This document shows, one piece after another, positions 11,820-25,608 of a stretch of 64,000 nucleotides of DNA. Position 1 is the first letter of the stretch; the number at the start of each line of letters is the position of its first letter. The stretch lies in assembly GCA_964016885.1 (NCBI GenBank), contig CAXHJY010000915.1, positions 35,030 to 99,029 of the forward strand. Direction: 5' to 3'. The DNA is from Eledone cirrhosa (Eukaryota). The position numbers and the translations under genes were made by a program. The notes below the pieces were generated by a model, which saw nothing but the letters and a program-made list of their open reading frames with translations, ran no database searches and had not been told where the DNA came from.

Positions 11820-13223
11820 ATCTGCCTGTCACCCACCTTGTGGATTGTCTCTCTGTTGATCACTGGTCACTGGTCTCTGTCTTCTGAGACATTATATATC
11901 ATCTGCCTGTCACCCACCTTGTGGATTGTCTCTCTGTTGATCACTGGTCACTGGTCTCTGTCTTCTGAGACATTATATATCATCTGCCTGTCACCCACCT
12001 TGTGGATTGTCTCTCTGTTGACCACTGGTCACTGGTCTCTGTCTTCTGAGACATTATATTTCATCTACCTGTCACCCACCTTGTGGATTGTCTCTCTGTT
12101 GATCACTGGTCACTGGTCTCTGTCTTCTGAGACATTATATATCATCTGCCTGTCACCCACCTTGTGGATTGTCTCTCTGTTGACCACTGGTCACTGGTCT
12201 CTGTCTTCTGAGACATTATATTTCATCTACCTGTCACCCACCTTGTGGATTGTCTCTCTGTTGACCACTGGTCACTGGTCTCTGTCTTCTGAGACATTAT
12301 ATTTCATCTACCTGTCACCCACCTTGTGGATTGTCTCTCTGTTGATCACTGACCACTGGTCTCTGTCCTCTGAGACATTATATATCATCTACCTGTCACC
12401 CACCTTGTGGATTGTCTCTCTGTTGATCACTGACCACTGGTCTCTGTCCTCTGAGACATTATATATCATCTACCTGTCACCCACCTTGTGGATTGTCTCT
12501 CTGTTGATCACTGGTCACTGGTCTCTGTCCTCTGAGACATTATATATCATCTACCTGTCACCCACCTTGTGGATTGTCTCTCTGTTGATCACTGACCACT
12601 GGTCTCTGTCCTCTGAGACATTATATATCATCTACCTGTCACCCACCTTGTGGATTGTCTCTCTGTTGATCACTGACCACTGGTCTCTGTCCTCTGAGAC
12701 ATTATATATCATCTACCTGTCACCCACCTTGTGGATTGTCTCTCTGTTGATCACTGACCACTGGTCTCTGTCCTCTGAGACATTATATATCATCTACCTG
12801 TCACCCACCTTGTGGATTGTCTCTCTGTTGATCACTGGTCACTGGTCTCTGTCCTCTGAGACATTATATATCATCTACCTGTCACCCACCTTGTGGATTG
12901 TCTCTCTGTTGATCACTGACCACTGGTCTCTGTCCTCTGAGACATTATATATCATCTACCTGTCACCCACCTTGTGGATTGTCTCTCTGTTGATCACTGA
13001 CCACTGGTCTCTGTCCTCTGAGACATTATATATCATCTACCTGTCACCCACCTTGTGGATTGTCTCTCTGTTGATCACTGGTCACTGGTCTCTGTCCTCT
13101 GAGACATTATATATCATCTGCCTGTCACCCACCTTGTGAATTGTCTCTCTGTTGACCACTGGTCTCTGTCCTCTGAGACATTATATATCATCTGCCTGTC
13201 ACCCACCTTGTTGATTGTCTCTC
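11820..13223. repeat. 81-bp tandem repeat, about 17 units
   Basis: Unit TCTGCCTGTCACCCACCTTGTGGATTGTCTCTCTGTTGATCACTGGTCACTGGTCTCTGTCTTCTGAGACATTATATATCA; period 11821 to 11902. Confidence 0.95.
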
Positions 13224-13529
13224 ATTTTTATATGTATTAATTAAATGCACTCTCCCTTCACCTCAATCAGAGACAACATTGTTTTATATATATGTATATA
13301 TATGTTAGGTAATTCCGAAGGAAAAGCAAAGGAAAAAAGAGTGCTCTATGTATAGAACAGAGCTATTTAATTATAAAGTGAACAACTTATATATATATAT
13401 AATTGAATATAAAAGGACCAGATTCGCTAAGGTGAAAAGAATACTAACTATAGACAATAGGGTTTGCCTGACTCAATTTAAGAATAAATCAAGAAAGTAA
13501 ATACAAACCGGAATTGTGGTAAGTACCAA

Positions 13530-13609
13530 TCACCCTGACAGCTTTGGTAATGCTGTTTCGCAAAATTAATTGTGAAGAGGAATACCGATTCTTGCTCATC
13601 AGTGGGTGA
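13530..13609 (-). ncRNA. Type I hammerhead ribozyme motif with extended stems
   Basis: Minus: UCACCCA-CUGAUGA-GCAAGA..UUUUGC-GAAAC-AGC-AUUACCAAA-GCU-GUC-AGGGUGA; all three stems present, A-A mismatch at the first stem I pair. Confidence 0.8.
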
Positions 13610-13976
13610 AGAATTAGTATCCTGGTCACTTCTAAGTATATTAAAAGCTGAATAGTGTGCGTATATATAATAACGCACATGGTATCTGAACTTAGCGGGT
13701 CTCACAAACTCACACCACTAAAAATAGCAGCCAGGTTTACTCAACATTTGAATTAGCTCAACAAATTAACGGAGCCGAATATATCAAAGGTATATATTGA
13801 GTTAGAAACTCAAAATAGTCTCTTACAATAAAATAGCTCTAAGAAAGAGATTTTTCCGAGCCATATATTAAAATTGATTTATTCTTAAATTGAGTCTGGC
13901 AAACCCTATTGTCTATAGTTAGTAGCCAGATGGCTGGAACAGGTTAAAGAGTATATACAGGGTGTCCCAGAAAATG

Positions 13977-14009
<33 letters not shown>

Positions 14010-14418
14010 TTATTGGTAACCACACAGCCTCATTTTTAATTCTTGAAACTGGAATAAGGACCAATATGATCAGCCTTAGGGCGTGGGACAGACTTTAACG
14101 CTGAGACGGACTGGCGTCTTGATCTCTAAGTCGCTTAACGCCAAGGAAACTGGGATAAGTACCGCCCTGATAAGCATCCGGGTTGAAACGGACTTTAGAC
14201 TTTTGACATAAAGAAAGAAAAAGCAACAACTAGAAAGAAAAAAAAAGAAGAATATCGAACACACCACTTCTGTATGTTGCTATGGAACCCAGCAATTAGT
14301 CTGAATAAAACCAGGTTAATTTTTCAAGTTCACTAAACAGAAAGCTACCCAACAAAGCCATAAATATCATTTTCATAAACTGATAGCTCAAGATTCATTC
14401 GTGACTATCAGTAGTTGC

Positions 14419-14450
<32 letters not shown>

Positions 14451-14899
14451 CCGCGCACCCGTGTATGTGTGAGTTTGTGTACTTTATGTATGTGTGCGAC
14501 TGCTTGCTTAGTGACGAAGGTAAATTTGGCAGGTGATCAACTACTTGTTATCAGTTACTTAATCTCCATTCACACCACACCTCTGTGTTAAATAACCTTA
14601 GTGGCTGAGGAGAGGTGGAAAAATGGCCGTATTTTGTTTCGTCTGTTGTTTTGGTGGTTACATGCTACATCGAATACCTAGGTACCTACCCTACCAAGGT
14701 TAAAAATAGCAAACTTTAGACAGGTAGATAAACACGTACGTATCACTCGCTCTCGCTCTCGCTCTGATCGATCGACAAGATCCCACACCTCATTCGCTTG
14801 CCGTGTGGCGACGAAGACCTCGTCACATCGGACCAAGGAAACAATGTTTCCATTGGTCTTTCCATTGCTGATACTATCTACCGGTCGCAACTCCAGGCA

Positions 14900-15022
14900 G
14901 AAGGAGCAACGTGAAATAAAGTGTCTCGCTCAAGGACACAACGCATCAGCCGGTCCGAGAATTGAACTCGCAACCTCACAATTGCGAATCCAACTCTCTA
15001 ACCACTAAGCTACGCGCATTCA
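14900..15022 (-). mobile_element. CORE-type SINE family B head
   Basis: GAAATAAAGTGTCTCGCTCAAGGACAC..GAATTGAACTC..AACCACTAAGCTAC. Confidence 0.75.
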
Positions 15023-15040
15023 CTACGTGAGTGTGTGTGC

Positions 15041-15081
<41 letters not shown>

Positions 15082-15083
<2 letters not shown>

Positions 15084-15910
15084 AACTAGGGTAAGAACGG
15101 GATGGAAGAAGTTTAGGGAACTACTACCACTGCTAGCTGCAAAAGGCTTCTCCCTCAGAATGAAAGGCAGACTGTATGATGCGTGTATCCGAACAGCGAT
15201 GTTGCATGGTAGTGAGACCTGGGCGCTGAAGGTGGAAGACTTACGTAGATTAGAGAGAAACGAAGCCTGCATGTTCCGATGGATGTGTAACAGTAATATA
15301 CGTGAACGACAAAGCATAAAGGAATTGAGAGAGAGACTGAGCATAAGAGGAATCAAATGCTGCGTGCAGGAGAGGCGGTTATGCTGGTATGGACATGTGA
15401 TGCGTATGAAGGATGACAGCTGCATAAAAAGGTGCAGAGCACTAGAAGTTGATGGAAACCGCGGAGTGGGGAGACCCAAGATGACTTGGGATGAGGTGAT
15501 AAAAGCCGACCTTACCCAACTACACCTCTCAAAGTCAATGACACACGACCGTGACTTCTGGCGTCACGCAGTAATACAGGGTACCCGACCTCCCATGGGT
15601 ACATGCTGAAGCATATAAACAATATGCCCCCCCCCCCCCACCGCAAGGTGGTCGTGGAGGTGCCACGGCAAAAAAGCACCCAGCCCACACTGTAAAGTGG
15701 ACGTGTAGGCACCACGAAAAAGCACCCAGCACTCACTGTAAATGAGGTTGGTGTTAGGAAGGGCATCCAGCTGTAGAAATCAAGCCAGATCAGTTCCTGT
15801 ATGAGCAAGGCATGGTCAGCCGACCAGACACTGCCCACAACAGGACAACCCGTCTAACCCATGCTAGCGTGGAAGAACGGACGTAAAACGGTGATGATGA
15901 TGATGATGAT
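15082..15910 (+). mobile_element. RTE LINE 3' fragment followed by RTE-tailed SINE sequence
   Basis: ORF ..KGRLYDACIRTAMLHGSETW..RRLCWYGHVMRM..GRPKMTW..; ends GGACGTAAAACGG(TGA)n. Confidence 0.85.
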
Positions 15911-16228
15911 ATAACGAAGGAAATGTGGTAAGGAACCAGGTGGACCATAACGCACCAAAGTACTCAATAATTAGGGTAGTAGAGTGGGTAATAGGAACAA
16001 GTAGGACCCCGACGGCTAGACGGCTGAATTAGCCGTCGAAACGGCTTGAGCTCAGCCGTCGGGGTCCTACTCATTCCTATATATATTATATTAGAAAGTG
16101 AGGTTTTTTTTACAGAATGAAAAATAACCGAGGTGTCCTACACGAGTGAAAGTATAAAGAAAAAAAGATGAAATCGAAAATGCAACTGGAGTCTTATTTA
16201 AAAAAATATATATATATTTATTTGGTTC

Positions 16229-16264
16229 CTTTACCGGTTTCGCAGTTCTTCTGCTTTTCAAAAG
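16229..16264 (-). ncRNA. Minimal hammerhead motif, U3-A8 core variant
   Basis: Minus: CUU-UUGAAAA-GCAG-AAGAA-CUGC-GAAAC-CG-GUA-AAG; palindromic ACCGGU stem III; a degenerate copy lies at about 44483-44518. Confidence 0.6.
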
Positions 16265-16801
16265 TAGAGTTGAGATGGAGGGTCTGTGGTTTTTCTCACA
16301 TCTGGTTGGTCTCTGAATGTTACTTGTTTTATAGAAAAAAGTGGCTCGAAAAGCCAGGTTTTTAGAGAAGTAATTTGATTGGTTGGTCAATAATTATAAT
16401 AAATTTCGCGCCAGTTCGCATTACAAAGTTCTTCAAACAGGGAGGGGGGGGGGCTCAGGTTGTTTTTTCATATATGAGTGTTTGAATTTCTTTTTACTTA
16501 AAAAAAAAGGGGGCTCACGAAGGCTTTTTTTTTTTTAATAAACGTAATTTGATTGGTTATAAATGAAATTATGGCTGTCACGTGAACAAGTTTTCATTAA
16601 ATTTCGGGCCCTTATTTGGAAATCTATTCTGTAGCCTTTTTAGAGAATTTTATGACAAGCAAAAGAGAAATGGGATGGGAGAATTGTTCTGGTTCAGTGA
16701 ATATGGTTAGTTCGCTGGGGTGTCAGATTTTCTATTGAAATAAAGAGTGCTTACAAAAATGATTCAACAGTTGTTATACAACCTAGTCATGCTATGTGCA
16801 A

Positions 16802-16886
<85 letters not shown>

Positions 16887-17149
16887 CTTTATATATATAT
16901 ATTTGCACATAGCATGACTATATATATATATAAATAAATAAAGAATGTTTAATAATAGGTAGACATCATAAAAAGGTAATTTATTCCGAGTGCTTACAAA
17001 TGTTTCAACAGTAGTTATACAGTAGTTATAGCAAATATATATATATATATATATCGACTTTCGTCAAATCGGACCGAGGGAATAATGTTTCCGTTGGTCT
17101 TTCCAATTGCTAATACTATCTATCGGTCGCAACTCCAGGTATATATATA

Positions 17150-17832
17150 ATAATTGTTTCTACTTTAGGCACAAGGCCAGCAAATACCCAGTGTATTACT
17201 GGTACTTTATTTTATCGACCCCGTAAGGATGAAAGGCAAAGTCAACCTCGGTGGGATTTGAACTCAGATCGTAAAGGGACGTAACTATGCTGCAAAGCAT
17301 GGCGTCCGACCCTCTACCGATACTGCCAATCCACCGCCCTAGCATGGCGTCCGACCCTCTACCGATACTACCAATCCACCGCCCTATCATGGTGTCCGAC
17401 CCTCTACCGATACTACCAATCCACCGCCCTATCATGGCGTCCGACCCTCTACCGATACTACCAATCCACCGCCCTAGCATGGTGTCCGACCCTCTACCGA
17501 TACTACCAATCCACCGCCCTATCATGGCGTCCGACCCTCTACCGATACTACCAATCCACCGCCCTATCATGGTGTCCGACCCTCTACCGATACTACCAAT
17601 CCACCGCCCTATCATGGTGTCCGACCCTCTACCCATACTGCCAATCCACCGCCCTAGCATGGTGTCCGACCCTCTACCCATACTGCCAATCCACCGCCCT
17701 AGCATGGCGTCCGACCCTCTACCCATACTGCCAATCCACCGCCCTAGCATGGTGTCCGACCCTCTACCCATACTGCCAATCCACCGCCCTAGCATGGCGT
17801 CCGACCCTCTACCCATACTGCCAATCCACCAC
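17150..17832 (-). mobile_element. SINE family A whose 45-bp 5' head is tandemly amplified 12 times
   Basis: Body and B-box at 17150-17295; unit AGCATGGCGTCCGACCCTCTACCGATACTGCCAATCCACCGCCCT every 45 bp from 17296 to about 17830. Confidence 0.85.
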
Positions 17833-18389
17833 CATATATATATAATAATAATAAAATGTGGAGCGGAAGCACATGAGTTAGGATAGCGAAATTTTCTTTT
17901 TTATTAGATATTTATTTCTGTGTTATGTATGTATATGTGTATATGTGTATATGTGTATATGTGTATATGTGTATATGTGTATATATGTATAAAAGAGAAA
18001 ACACAGGTAAGCATTAAGAGAAGGATTTTATCCAGGTATTTACGACCGTTTCATTGGTAAGTGCAACCTTGGATAAAATCCTTCTCTTCATGCTTACCTG
18101 TGTTTTCTCTTTTATACTTTATACTCCAAGATTGAACGGAATTCTTACAAACTTGTGGAGTTACCCCCTAACCGTACGTTGAAACCGTCCATGAAACTGG
18201 CTTTCTTAACCAAAAACTCGATCACAATAAGCAATTTTTGCTTCTCTAACTATATATATGTATGTATATATGTGTATATAATTATATATATCTGTATGTA
18301 TATGTATGTGTATATATATATATGTGTGTGTGTGTATTTTTATTATCGTGGTGATGTAACCTTTTGTATATATGTGAGTGTGTATATTA

Positions 18390-18439
<50 letters not shown>

Positions 18440-18951
18440 GCCGTCGAAACGGGTTGAGCTCTGCCGTCGGGGTCATACTTTTTCCTATATATATATATAT
18501 ATATATATTTGTATGGTTGTGTGTGTGTGTATGTATATATGTGTATGTATATGCATAATTACATACAGAGTGCTTTAATGTTTATTTTCATTGATTATTT
18601 GCTCCAGGAACTTGTTGAGTGCTCTAAATCAGCTATAAACATTTATACCTTTATCTATTTAATTATTTATTTATTATTTGTCGTATTCCCAACTATTTGT
18701 TTACCCCTTCCACCTTTTTATTTTTATATATATATAATTTATATATATGTATATATATGTGTGTGTGTCTGTGTGTATATGTATATATATATATATATGT
18801 ATATATATATGTATATATATATATATGTGAATATAGACATAGAATATTCGAAAATATTCTGTATGTTTATAATAAACATTTTGAAGACCTAATCGCTATA
18901 GAATAGAATACGTCACGTATTACAATTAGATTCTCGATAAAAGCAAGGGAA

Positions 18952-18994
18952 GTAATCTACGCGTTTCATTCTTGTTAGAAATCTTCAGGACTAC
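18952..18994 (-). ncRNA. Minimal type I hammerhead ribozyme motif
   Basis: Minus: GUAGUC-CUGAAGA-UUUCU-AAC-AAGAAU-GAAAC-GC-GUA-GAUUAC; 6-bp stem I, ACGCGU palindrome; lies inside about 55-bp inverted repeats (18826-18880/19112-19166). Confidence 0.8.
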
Positions 18995-19559
18995 ATATCC
19001 AGTGCTTTTATCGAGAATGACACAGCTAGAGACTTATAGAATACTTAGCTGTGTACAGGAACTGGTTTGAAAGAGCGGTTGCCGGTCCGGCAGAAATTAG
19101 AAATTGGAATAAATGTTTATTATAAACATACAGAATATTTTCGAATATTCTATGTCTATATTCACATATATATCGCTACTTCAGAGCATTTATTCCAATA
19201 TATATATATGTATATATATATATGTATATGTGTGTGTGTATGTATATATTTACATGTATGTATGTGTATGTGTATATATGTGTGTATTGCTTACCACGTG
19301 TGTTTATTTATTCATGTGTGTCCTTTCCTGTATCACTGTCAACTTAATAATAATTTTTATTTTCTTAAGTCTTATTTAAAATTTTTTTTTTTTTATATAT
19401 TTTTTTATTTGTATGTGACGACCTATTGCATTATATGGTTGTTCATGGTTTTTTTTTATTTTTTATTATAATTAATTGTGTGTGTGCATATGTATGCATG
19501 TATATGTGTGTGTATATATATATATATATATGTGTGTGTTTGTGTATTTATGTGTATGG

Positions 19560-19593
<34 letters not shown>

Positions 19594-19734
19594 TTATATA
19601 TATGTATGTGTGTATGCGTGTGTGTGTGTATGTGTGCATGTGTGTTTATCTACTTTTATATTTATTCTTTTTCACTTTCATATATATTATATTTTTGTTT
19701 TTAAAATCCACTGTCAATAAATACACCAGGAATT

Positions 19735-19795
19735 TTTCATTCTGATGACTGAAAGCAAATTTTGTTTGCTTTCAAGAAACCACTGGTAAATGAAA
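19735..19795 (+). ncRNA. Type I hammerhead ribozyme motif
   Basis: UUUCAUU-CUGAUGA-CUGAAAGCAAA-UUUUG-UUUGCUUUCAA-GAAAC-CACUG-GUA-AAUGAAA; perfect 7-bp stem I and 10-bp stem II; (TA)n follows. Confidence 0.85.
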
Positions 19796-19820
19796 TAATT
19801 ATCTTATGTTATTTATTACA

Positions 19821-21186
<1,366 letters not shown>

Positions 21187-21270
21187 ACATGTATGTATGT
21201 ATGTATGTATGTATGTATGTATGTATGTATGTATGTATGTATGTATGTATGTATGTATGTATGTATGTAT

Positions 21271-21880
21271 GTCAGGTCACCACTTGGTGCTACTGGTAAC
21301 ATGTATCCCAGTACAACCTGTCTCATGGTCGGGTCGTTGGCGACTAAACTAGCAACCCCACCAAGGTTTCTTGGTGAGGAGGGTGACTTTGGACATCCTG
21401 CAGGACTAAAAACCAAACCTTTCAAAGGGCAAAGGAGCTCTTAAGAGTCAATGGCCATCCAAAATCACTGGGAGAGATGACCCCTTAGCCTTTGTCAAGG
21501 CAGAATTCTAGGAGAAGGAAAACTCTGATATAACACCTGCAACCCAGATGGTATCCAATGATGTTGACTTGTTCTTCTTTTTGGTAAATATCATCTTGGT
21601 TAAGAGAGTGGGACTGGCTTTGTGCAGTGCCTTTGCTCACTATAAAAGCTTCACGGCACAGGCATTGTTTTATATCTGGAGATCTCTCTGCACTTGTCGT
21701 CACATGGTACCAAAGGCAAAGCACTATGTGTCAATAATTGTCACAAGTGTAGTGTTTGTACCAGAGTTTTCAAGTCGCTGGCTGGACTAAAAAGTCACAC
21801 TCGTTCAGCGCATCGGTAGGGGTTCTCCTACATGGATATAAAGTAGTGGCCGTACTCGAAAACGAGTTGGCAGCCACCAT
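21271..21880 (+). mobile_element. About 610-bp non-autonomous bipartite RTE-derived element in (ATGT)n
   Basis: 3' part encodes CSVCTRVFKSLAGLKSHTRSAHR*, matching the RTE C-terminus at 55730-55800; (ATGT)n on both sides; near-identical copies elsewhere. Confidence 0.8.
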
Positions 21881-22054
21881 GTATGTATGTATGTGTGTGT
21901 GTGTATGTATGTATGTATGTACGTGTGTATGTATGTATGTATGTAGAATAAGGAAGTAAAATTCCATACAAATCGAAGATTTATGGAAAAATTAAAAGTA
22001 GAACGCATTGAAGTATATATGGTGCTGTGCTAATCTATTTTTACTCTATTTTAA

Positions 22055-22109
<55 letters not shown>

Positions 22110-22280
22110 CTACAAAGAGGGTGTGATAAGATACCAGGTGGACCATAACACACCAGAGTACTCAATACTTAGGGTATTAGAATGGGTAATAGGAAAAAAG
22201 TCAGGAGCCGACGGCTGAGATCCATCATCTCGACAGTAGTCGACGAGTGATGATGATGATGATATATATGTGTGTGTGTG

Positions 22281-23043
22281 TGTATATATAAAATTAAGTA
22301 TGTGTGTCTGTGTGTCTGTGTATTACCTATAGGGGCCTACATCTTATGACCGATTTTCATGAAACTTTACAGGCTCATAGATTAGTCATCGGGGAGTGTT
22401 TTCTATATATCAGCGTATCGTTTTTTTTTTTATTCTGGGGTCATTCTGCAGATAAAAATCGATAGGGGGGGGGGGGCACCTTTTTTTAGGTATCGAAAAA
22501 TAAAATTTTTGGCTCTAGCTCCCACATTTTGCCACCGATTTCGTTCAAATGTTAAAGCAAAATAGAATTTATCATTGGACATCCTGTAATGGATTTATAT
22601 TTTGTATTTGTTGTTCAGGGACGGCGTGGCAGCCGCTTAAATATTCCCAAATACCACCTTTTCGCTCAAATTTCCGCCTTTTCGGCTCCAGCTCCCACAT
22701 TTTTCAACCGATTTCGTTCAAATTTGAAACATGGGCACCACCTCACACATAAATCAATTTATTTGGTTCAACTTTTATACTACGATAGAACCCATCATTG
22801 CACATCTTATAGTATCTTTACACTTTGCATTTTTTCTTCAGGGACGGCGTGGCAGCCGTTTAACTCTTCAAAATACGATTTTTCCCCACCTCCCACATAT
22901 TCCTTACGATTTCACTCAACATTTCGCCATTTGCTACACTTTACGACCGATTTTCAAGAAACTCGCAGTCGCTAAGATCAACACCTTTTCATCAAAGCAG
23001 ATATTATATTACCTACCCAGGCAACGCTGGGTACTGTTGCTAG
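22281..23043 (+). mobile_element. Non-autonomous Helitron
   Basis: 3' hairpin CCCAGGCAACGCTGGG, 8 nt, then CTAG|T; 5' TATATATAAAATTAAG..CCGATTTTCATGAAACTTT with internal sub-repeats. Confidence 0.7.
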
Positions 23044-23403
23044 TATATATATATTTGGTCCTGTTTCAGGTCAAGTTCTCTCCTTAACACACCCTCACAC
23101 ACACACATACACACACACATATATATAAGTTCTCTCCTTACCACACCCTCACACACACATACTCACACACACATACTCTCTCACACACACACTCTCACAC
23201 ACACACACTCTCACACACACCCTCACACACCCTCACACACACTCATACACACACTTATATATAAGTTCTCTCCTTAACACCTCAACAATGAAAGGTGTCC
23301 TCCACCGTCGACCCCTTCATTATCAAATGTGAAACACAAAGATAAAAATGTCAGTTTTCTTCCAGGTCAAACAATATGTAATACATCTACAATATAGATA
23401 TAA

Positions 23404-23590
23404 TAATTGTTTATACTTTTGGCACAAGGCCAGCAATTATGCCAGTGTATTACTGGTACTTTATTTTATCGACGCTGTAAGGATGAAAGGCAAAGTTAAC
23501 CTCGGCGGGATTTGAACTAGGACCATAAAGGGCCGTAACTCTATGCTGCAAAGCATGGCGTCCGACCCTCTACCGATACTGCCAATCCAC
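23404..23590 (-). mobile_element. SINE family A, near full length
   Basis: Complete reverse complement of head (A-box), B-box and tail. Confidence 0.8.
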
Positions 23591-23681
23591 ATCTATCATT
23601 ATTACAATATAGATATAATAATTGTTTCTACTTTTGGCACAAGGCCAGCAAATACCCCAGTGTATTACTGGTACTTTATTA

Positions 23682-24789
23682 CTAGCTGGACACGTGAAAA
23701 TAATCACGGATAATCCCCTCTCTCTTTATATATAAAAGGATTGCACACTTTTTCGGGGGTGTGTGCAACCCCCATCACGTCCCCTCCCTTTTGAGGTTGT
23801 TTTCGATTATTTTCATTTTATATCCTTTTTACTCGATTTCATGTAAACTCCCCCTTTGTATTTGTCCCTTATTTTTATGCCTTTATGGTAAATAAAGAAA
23901 TATATATATATTATAACCCCTTCTCTCTCTATACATAATAACGCCCTCTCTCTATATATTTTATTATAACCCCCTTCTCTCTATATATAATAACCCACCC
24001 CTTTCTCTATATTATAACCCCCTTCTCTATATATATAATAACCCACCCCTTTCTCTATATTATAACCCCCTTCTCTCTATATATAATAACCCACCCCTTT
24101 CTCTATATTATAACCCCCTTCTCTATATATATAATAACCCACCCCTTTCTCTATATTATAACCCCCTTCTCTCTATATATAATAACCCACCCCTTTCTCT
24201 ATATTATAACCCCCTTCTCTATATATATAATAACCCACCCCTTTCTCTATATTATAACCCCCTTCTCTCTATATATAATAACCCACCCCTTTCTCTATAT
24301 TATAACCCCCTTCTCTATATATATAATAACCCACCCCTTTCTCTATATTATAACCCCCTTCTCTATATATATAATAACCCACCCCTTTCTCTATATTATA
24401 ACCCCCTTCTCTCTATATATAATAACCCACCCCTTTCTCTATATTATAACCCCCTTCTCTCTATATATAATAACCCACCCCTTTCTCTATATTATAACCC
24501 CCTTCTCTCTATATATAATAACCCACCCCTTTCTCTATATTATAACCCCCTTCTCTCTATATATAATAACCCACCCCTTTCTCTATATTATAACCCCCTC
24601 TCTCTCCTTTCCAAACGTTGCAACGCTCTTTGATTTTCTTTCGCCGTAGATTTCCGTAGATTGTCTACCACCCCCCTTTCATTGTTTTAGCACGGCTCAT
24701 GGACGTCATTCGACTTTTATTATATTACTGAGAGTCTGACCAGACGGTCGGGCGGTCGGTACGTAAGTATTAGCCTATTAATTTATAGA
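23682..24789 (-). mobile_element. Helitron carrying a 48-bp minisatellite
   Basis: Minus: A|TCTATAAATT ... hairpin CGTGA-TTATTT-TCACG then CTAG|T; the A^T insertion rule is satisfied. Confidence 0.7.
23963..24600. repeat. 48-bp minisatellite, about 13 units
   Basis: Unit ATTATAACCCCCTTCTCTCTATATATAATAACCCACCCCTTTCTCTAT. Confidence 0.95.
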
Positions 24790-24927
24790 TGATTTCTACT
24801 ATAGGCACAAGGCCAGCAATTTAGGGGGAGGGGAAAGTCGATTAAATCTACCCCACCACCACCACCATCATAAACATCACACCACCACCATCATAAACAT
24901 CACACCACCACCACCACCACCATCAGT

Positions 24928-25272
24928 GTATACAGTACAGTACAGTATAGTACAGTATAGTACAGTATAGTATAGTATAGTACAGTACAGTATAGTATAG
25001 TACAGTATAGTATAGTATAGTATAGTATAGTACAGTATAGTACAGTTTAGTATAGTACAGTATAGTACAGTACAGTACAGTACAGTACAGTATAGTACAG
25101 TACAGTACAGTATAGTACAGTATAGTATAGTATAGTACAATACAGTATAGTATAGTATAGTACAGTTTAGTATAGTACAGTACAGTACAGTACAGTACAG
25201 TATAGTACAGTACAGTATAGTATAGTATAGTACAATACAGTATAGTATAGTATAGTACAGTATAGTATAGTA
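24928..25272. repeat. (AGTAT/AGTAC)n pentanucleotide array
   Basis: Directly visible. Confidence 0.95.
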
Positions 25273-25608
25273 TTTTCGAAAAAGATGAATGTCAAAAAAT
25301 TAAATTTGAAGACTTTGCAAATGAGTGCTTAAAGAAACCACGAAAACTATTTTTTTGACATTTCATTGTATAATGTGTCTTGGAATAATATATATTTTAC
25401 TAAACAATATTTCTATATTTTGTTTTGGCATCACCATGTTTTAACATCTATTGGAATGGCATTACCTGGCAGATGGCTACGGGGTTGTATTGTATTATTC
25501 AGTGGAGCCGCAGTCACATGACGCCAGCATGGTGGGAGGTGCTTAAAGTAGATACTCGCTTCTCATTGGTCAGTTATACTGACATGTTGAATGAATGAGA
25601 ACAGTGCG

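Noticed and set aside
11820-13223. Possible degenerate zinc-finger array
   Set aside because: The period is 81 bp, not 84, and no frame gives C2H2 spacing.
14276-14290. RFX X-box-like GTTGCTATGGAACC as a promoter
   Set aside because: A single short motif with no supported adjacent gene.
21271-21400. HDV-like ribozyme at the 5' end of the RTE-derived element
   Set aside because: Partial cues (TCCC loop, GTCG/CGAC stem, CTAA), but I could not build a contiguous P1-P2-P3-P1.1 pseudoknot by eye; a descriptor search would be needed.
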